From positions 742,075 through 806,074 of the forward strand of contig OY969723.1 in NCBI GenBank assembly GCA_963702185.1: a DNA stretch of 64,000 nucleotides, written 5' to 3'. Shown piece after piece: positions 60,760-64,000 of the stretch. The notes beneath the pieces were generated by a model. It made no database searches. It saw only the letters and a list, made by a program, of their open reading frames with translations, and was not told where the DNA came from. The DNA is from an uncultured Solirubrobacterales bacterium. GTDB taxonomy: Bacteria > Actinomycetota > Thermoleophilia > Solirubrobacterales > Solirubrobacteraceae. The translations under genes were made by a program, and so were the position numbers. Position 1 is the first letter of the stretch; every line of letters starts with the position of its first letter.

Positions 60760-62025
60760 ATGCACGAGATCGCGCAACGCCTGGACGAGCTGCAGCGACT
60801 CGGGCTCACGCGCGAGCTGCGCGTAATCAGCGGATCGCAGGGACCACGGGTGACGCTGGAGGGCGAGCCGGTGGTGCTGCTGTGCTCGAACAATTATCTC
60901 GGTCTGGCGGACCATCCCCGCGTACGCGAGGCGGCCGCGCAGGCGGCGATGCAATGGGGCGCGGGCGCGGGGGCCTCGCGGCTGGTGTCGGGCACGATGA
61001 CGATCCACCAAAGGTTGGAGCGGCGCCTGGCCGCGTTCCACAGCGCGCAGGCGTGCGTGCTGTTCGGCTCGGGGTACCTCGCGAACATGGGCGCGATCGG
61101 CGCGCTGGCGGGGCACGGCGACACGGTCTACTCAGACGAGCTGAATCACGCCTCGATCATCGACGGCTGCCGCGGCTCGCGGGCGAAGGTTGTGGTGTAC
61201 AGGCACCGCGATGTCGATCACCTCGAGTGGTCGATGCGCCGGCACGAGGAGGCCGGTCACGGCCCGGGCGCCGCGCGCAAGCTGATCGTCACCGACGCGG
61301 TGTTCTCGATGGACGGCGATGTCGCGCCACTGGAGGAGATCGTCGAGCTCGCCCACAGGCACGGCGCCCGCACGCTCGTCGACGAGGCCCACGCGATCGG
61401 CGCGCTCGACCCCGGCGGGCGGGGAGCCGTGGCGCAGGCCGGACTGGAGGGCGAGGTGGACGTGGTGGTCGGCACCCTCGGCAAGGCGCTCGGCTCCTAC
61501 GGCGCGTACGCGTGCGCGAGCGAGGAGATGGTCCGCTACCTGATCAACACCGCGCGACCGCTGATCTTCTCGACCGCCCCCCCACCCCCGTCGGTCGCCG
61601 CCGCGCTGGCGGCGCTGGAAATGCTGGAAGAGAAGCCCGAGCGAACGCAACGGCTGCGCTGCAACGCCCGCGTGCTGCGCCGCGCGCTGGCCGCCGAGGG
61701 AGTAGCGACAGAAGACGTGGAGATGCATATCGTGCCGGTCGTCGTCGGCGAGGAGCGCGCCGCGGTAAGGCTGTGCGAGGCGGCGCTGAAGGGAGGTGTG
61801 TTCGCCCAGGCGATCCGCCCGCCGACAGTCGCCCCGGGAACCTCGCGACTGCGGCTGACGGCGATGGCCACGCACACCGCGCAGGAGCTGCGCGAGGCGG
61901 CGCGCACGATCGCGCGGGCCGCACAAGAGCTGGACCTCGACCTGACCGCAACGGGCGCCCAGCCCGCCACCGGCGATGGCGCGACTTCCACTGCCGCAGA
62001 ACCCGGGCTCGCCCGCGCGGCCTGA
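60760..62025 (+). CDS. bioF: 8-amino-7-oxononanoate synthase
   Basis: Start at ATG 60760. CSNNYLGL, DELNHASIIDG, DEAHAIGALD, GTLGKALGSYG (PLP Lys). It sits between bioB and bioD. Confidence 0.85.
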   Translation: MHEIAQRLDELQRLGLTRELRVISGSQGPRVTLEGEPVVLLCSNNYLGLADHPRVREAAAQAAMQWGAGAGASRLVSGTMTIHQRLERRLAAFHSAQACVLFGSGYLANMGAIGALAGHGDTVYSDELNHASIIDGCRGSRAKVVVYRHRDVDHLEWSMRRHEEAGHGPGAARKLIVTDAVFSMDGDVAPLEEIVELAHRHGARTLVDEAHAIGALDPGGRGAVAQAGLEGEVDVVVGTLGKALGSYGAYACASEEMVRYLINTARPLIFSTAPPPPSVAAALAALEMLEEKPERTQRLRCNARVLRRALAAEGVATEDVEMHIVPVVVGEERAAVRLCEAALKGGVFAQAIRPPTVAPGTSRLRLTAMATHTAQELREAARTIARAAQELDLDLTATGAQPATGDGATSTAAEPGLARAA

Positions 62026-62105
62026 CCACACATGACGCGCCGCGTACGCCGCGTAGCCATCGTGCGCGAAGCGTGGCTCTCATACGTGACCGGGGCAGAA
62101 ACCTT

Positions 62106-62966
62106 ATGCGCGGTCTGTTCGTAACCGGCACCGGCACCGGAGTCGGCAAGACGGTCGTGAGCGCGGCGCTGCTCGCCGCGATGAGGGCCGCCAGAGAGCA
62201 GGTGCGGGCGCACAAGCCGGTGGTGACCGGCCTCGACGAGTCCGACAAGCATGTCGAGCCTGCCATCGACTCGTCCGGCATCACTCACGACCCCAGCGAG
62301 TCCGACGACGCCAACACGCACGACGGCCCCGGCGGATGGCCGCCCGATCACGAGCTGCTGGCGAGCGTCGCCGGCATGCTCCCCGAGGAGGTCGCGCCGC
62401 TGCGCTACGGCCCGGCGGTATCGCCTCACCTCGCAGCCCAGCTAGCCGACGATGAGATCGTGCCAGAGGAGGTGATCGCGCGCGCGCGGGCAGCCGGCGA
62501 AGATGGCGATGCGCGCAGCGGCGCGGCCGGCGCGGAGGTGGATGCGCCCAGCGGGGCGGGCGGCAGAGGCGCGCTGATCGTCGAGGGTGTCGGCGGGTTG
62601 CTGGTACCGCTGACAGACGACTTCACCGTGCGCGACCTCGCCGTCGCCCTGCAACTGCCGGTGCTGATCGCCGCCGCGCCCGGACTCGGCACGATCAACC
62701 ACACGCTGCTGACGCTCGAGTGCGCGCGGGCGGCCGGACTGGACGTGCGCGCGGTCGTGCTGACCCCGTGGCCGGACGCGCCGGACGACCCACCCGGAGG
62801 GCTGGAACGCTCCAACCGCAAGACGATCGCACGGCTGGGCGAGGTCGAAGTCGCGTGCCTGGGCCGCGTGCAGAGCCCAAATCCGGCCGAGCTCGCCCGC
62901 GCGGGAGGCACGCTTGCGTGGCAAGAGTGGTGCCCGCCGACGAGTGCCATCTCAAGCGGCGCGTAG
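62106..62966 (+). CDS. bioD: Dethiobiotin synthetase with large acidic/Gly-rich insertions
   Basis: ATG 62106: MRGLFVTGTGTGVGKTVVSAAL (P-loop). VEGVGGLLVPL. Confidence 0.85.
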   Translation: MRGLFVTGTGTGVGKTVVSAALLAAMRAAREQVRAHKPVVTGLDESDKHVEPAIDSSGITHDPSESDDANTHDGPGGWPPDHELLASVAGMLPEEVAPLRYGPAVSPHLAAQLADDEIVPEEVIARARAAGEDGDARSGAAGAEVDAPSGAGGRGALIVEGVGGLLVPLTDDFTVRDLAVALQLPVLIAAAPGLGTINHTLLTLECARAAGLDVRAVVLTPWPDAPDDPPGGLERSNRKTIARLGEVEVACLGRVQSPNPAELARAGGTLAWQEWCPPTSAISSGA

Positions 62967-63054
62967 CATCGAAGCGTGGCTAGTCGAATTGCTGAGACAT
63001 GCACCTCTACTCCGGCGGGTTCCGGGGTCGTACCCCCGGAGAAAGGAGGTTCAT

Positions 63055-63129
63055 ATGTACGGAGCAATAACCGCTCTAGCCATCGCACTGCTCGTCTCCG
63101 CGCTGATCATTGATCGGTTGACGAGATAG
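63055..63129 (+). CDS. Candidate 24-aa hydrophobic small protein (type I toxin-like or small membrane peptide)
   Basis: GAAAGGAGG (63041-63049) lies 5 nt before ATG 63055. Translation is MYGAITALAIALLVSALIIDRLTR. A hairpin (63021-63040) abuts the SD. Codons ATA, CTA, ATT, AGA and GGA look atypical for this window. A strong hairpin follows at 63191-63216. Confidence 0.5.
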   Translation: MYGAITALAIALLVSALIIDRLTR

Positions 63130-63190
63130 CAGAGCGCCCTGGCGGTCGCAGTAAAGACGACTCCGGCGGCCGTCAGGGATTTATTAACCG

Positions 63191-63216
63191 GAAGAGCCCG
63201 GTCACCCGGGCTCTTC
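63191..63216. terminator. Stem-loop GAAGAGCCCGG-tcac-CCGGGCTCTTC (bidirectional terminator candidate)
   Basis: 11-bp perfect stem. On the minus strand it is followed by the A/T-rich sequence cggttaataaat. It lies downstream of both the small ORF (+) and bioA (-). Confidence 0.6.
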
Positions 63217-63285
63217 GGAGGACGCACATGCCGAAGCAATAAGCGCTCTAGCCACGAGCAAGTGTAGTCAAGATCGCGACAGAAC

Positions 63286-64000
63286 TCAAGCGACTTGCGC
63301 CCTGGCCGCGCCAAGCACCCCCGTGACCACACACGCCAAGTCCTCATCCCCGATCACAAACGGAGGCATCGCATAGATCAGGTCGCGAAACGGCCGCAGC
63401 CACACTCCGCGATCGACCGCCGCCGACGTCGCCGCGGCAATGTCGACGTCGCGATCGAGCTGAACGACCCCGATCGCACCCAAGACTCGCACGTCCACCA
63501 CACCCGGCAGCTCGCGCGCGGGCTCCAAGCCGGCACGCAGACCGCGTTCGATCCGAGCGACGTCCTCGCGCCAGCCCCCTCCTGCGCCATCACCGTCAGC
63601 ACCATTGCCGCCGACGCCAACACCGAGCAAATCCAGCGACGCCAGCGCGACCGAGCAGGCGAGCGGGTTGGCCATGAACGTCGGCCCGTGCATCAGGCCC
63701 CCGCCCTCGCCGCTCGACACGGCCTCGGCGACCACCGGCGTGCACAGGGTCGCGGCCAGGGTCATGTAGCCCCCGGTAAGCGCCTTGCCGACGCACATCA
63801 CATCCGGGACCACACCGGCGTGGGCGCACGCGAACAGCTCGCCGCCGGTGCGCCCGAACCCAGTGGCGATCTCATCGGCGATCAGCAAGAGGCCGTGCTC
63901 GTCGCAAAGCTCGCGTAAGAGCGCGAGACACTCGGGCGCGTAGAACCACATCCCACCGGCCCCCTGCACGACCGGCTCCACGATCACCGCCGCCAGCTCG
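63286..64000 (-). CDS. bioA: Adenosylmethionine-8-amino-7-oxononanoate aminotransferase (C-terminal part; 5' end beyond the window)
   Basis: [41 protein letters not shown] (PLP Lys). The frame stays open to the window edge. Confidence 0.9.
   Translation of the reverse strand, partial: ELAAVIVEPVVQGAGGMWFYAPECLALLRELCDEHGLLLIADEIATGFGRTGGELFACAHAGVVPDVMCVGKALTGGYMTLAATLCTPVVAEAVSSGEGGGLMHGPTFMANPLACSVALASLDLLGVGVGGNGADGDGAGGGWREDVARIERGLRAGLEPARELPGVVDVRVLGAIGVVQLDRDVDIAAATSAAVDRGVWLRPFRDLIYAMPPFVIGDEDLACVVTGVLGAARAQVA

Noticed and set aside
62914-63129. 71-aa version of the small ORF (MRGKSGARRRVPSQ...).
   Set aside because: The upstream 47 codons overlap the end of bioD and its spacer and have no SD. 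The internal ATG 63055 has a near-consensus SD 5 nt upstream, so the 24-aa product is the better model.
63228-63242. Mini-ORF ATG-CCG-AAG-CAA-TAA (MPKQ) with its own GGAGGA.
   Set aside because: I interpret it as a frameshifted, decayed duplicate of the 63055 ORF start rather than a functional gene. It is reported within that finding instead.
1-64000. Searched by eye for tRNA/rRNA genes, CRISPR arrays, transposases, integrases and prophage modules.
   Set aside because: I saw no T-loop/acceptor-like GGTTCGAATCC contexts outside coding frames. I found no repeat-spacer arrays; all tandem repeats are contiguous and mostly coding. No ORF shows DDE, tyrosine-recombinase or serine-recombinase motifs.

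Overview
Very GC-rich chromosomal segment. It is most likely from an Actinomycetota genome, judging by an mIHF-like gene, YrbE/Mkl-type ABC genes, a DUF4235/holin-X/DUF3618 trio and a PimA-like GT4. That taxonomy is inference from gene content only. All calls rest on my own reading of the ORF translations and DNA; no database search was run.

Most of the window is housekeeping:
- metH, a type III glutamine synthetase, hemQ, an AlkA-like glycosylase
- an IscA/BolA/monothiol-glutaredoxin Fe-S module, DegV, glpK, plsC
- a bioB-bioF-bioD/bioA biotin locus
- a large acyl-CoA catabolic cluster: CoA-transferase, BKACE, carboxyltransferase, 2 crotonases, 2 acyl-CoA dehydrogenases, SDR

Five loci stand out as less ordinary:
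1. A translationally coupled minus-strand operon at 14258-20442. In order it encodes an Arg-rich leader ORF, a UDP-sugar 6-dehydrogenase, a hyaluronan/chitin-synthase-like membrane GT2, a small TM protein, and two GH18 hydrolases.
2. A visibly less GC-rich three-gene operon of secreted proteins at 29761-38362. The two giant members share a novel-looking basic two-Cys C-terminal module.
3. A YrbE-YrbE-Mkl ABC module with no MCE-domain gene, followed by an MMPL/RND gene and a thioredoxin-fold gene (4593-11027).
4. A second alpha-oxoamine synthase paired head-to-head with a GNAT acyltransferase (1-2423).
5. Small elements: a strong-SD 24-aa hydrophobic peptide gene with a degenerate tandem copy in an AT-rich pocket between bioD and bioA; arrays of perfect palindromes/hairpins; duplications of gene 3' ends around terminator hairpins; a 17-bp inverted-repeat-bounded intergenic element; and tandem-repeat-encoded low-complexity insertions inside conserved enzymes.

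I saw no rRNA, tRNA, CRISPR array, transposase or integrase.
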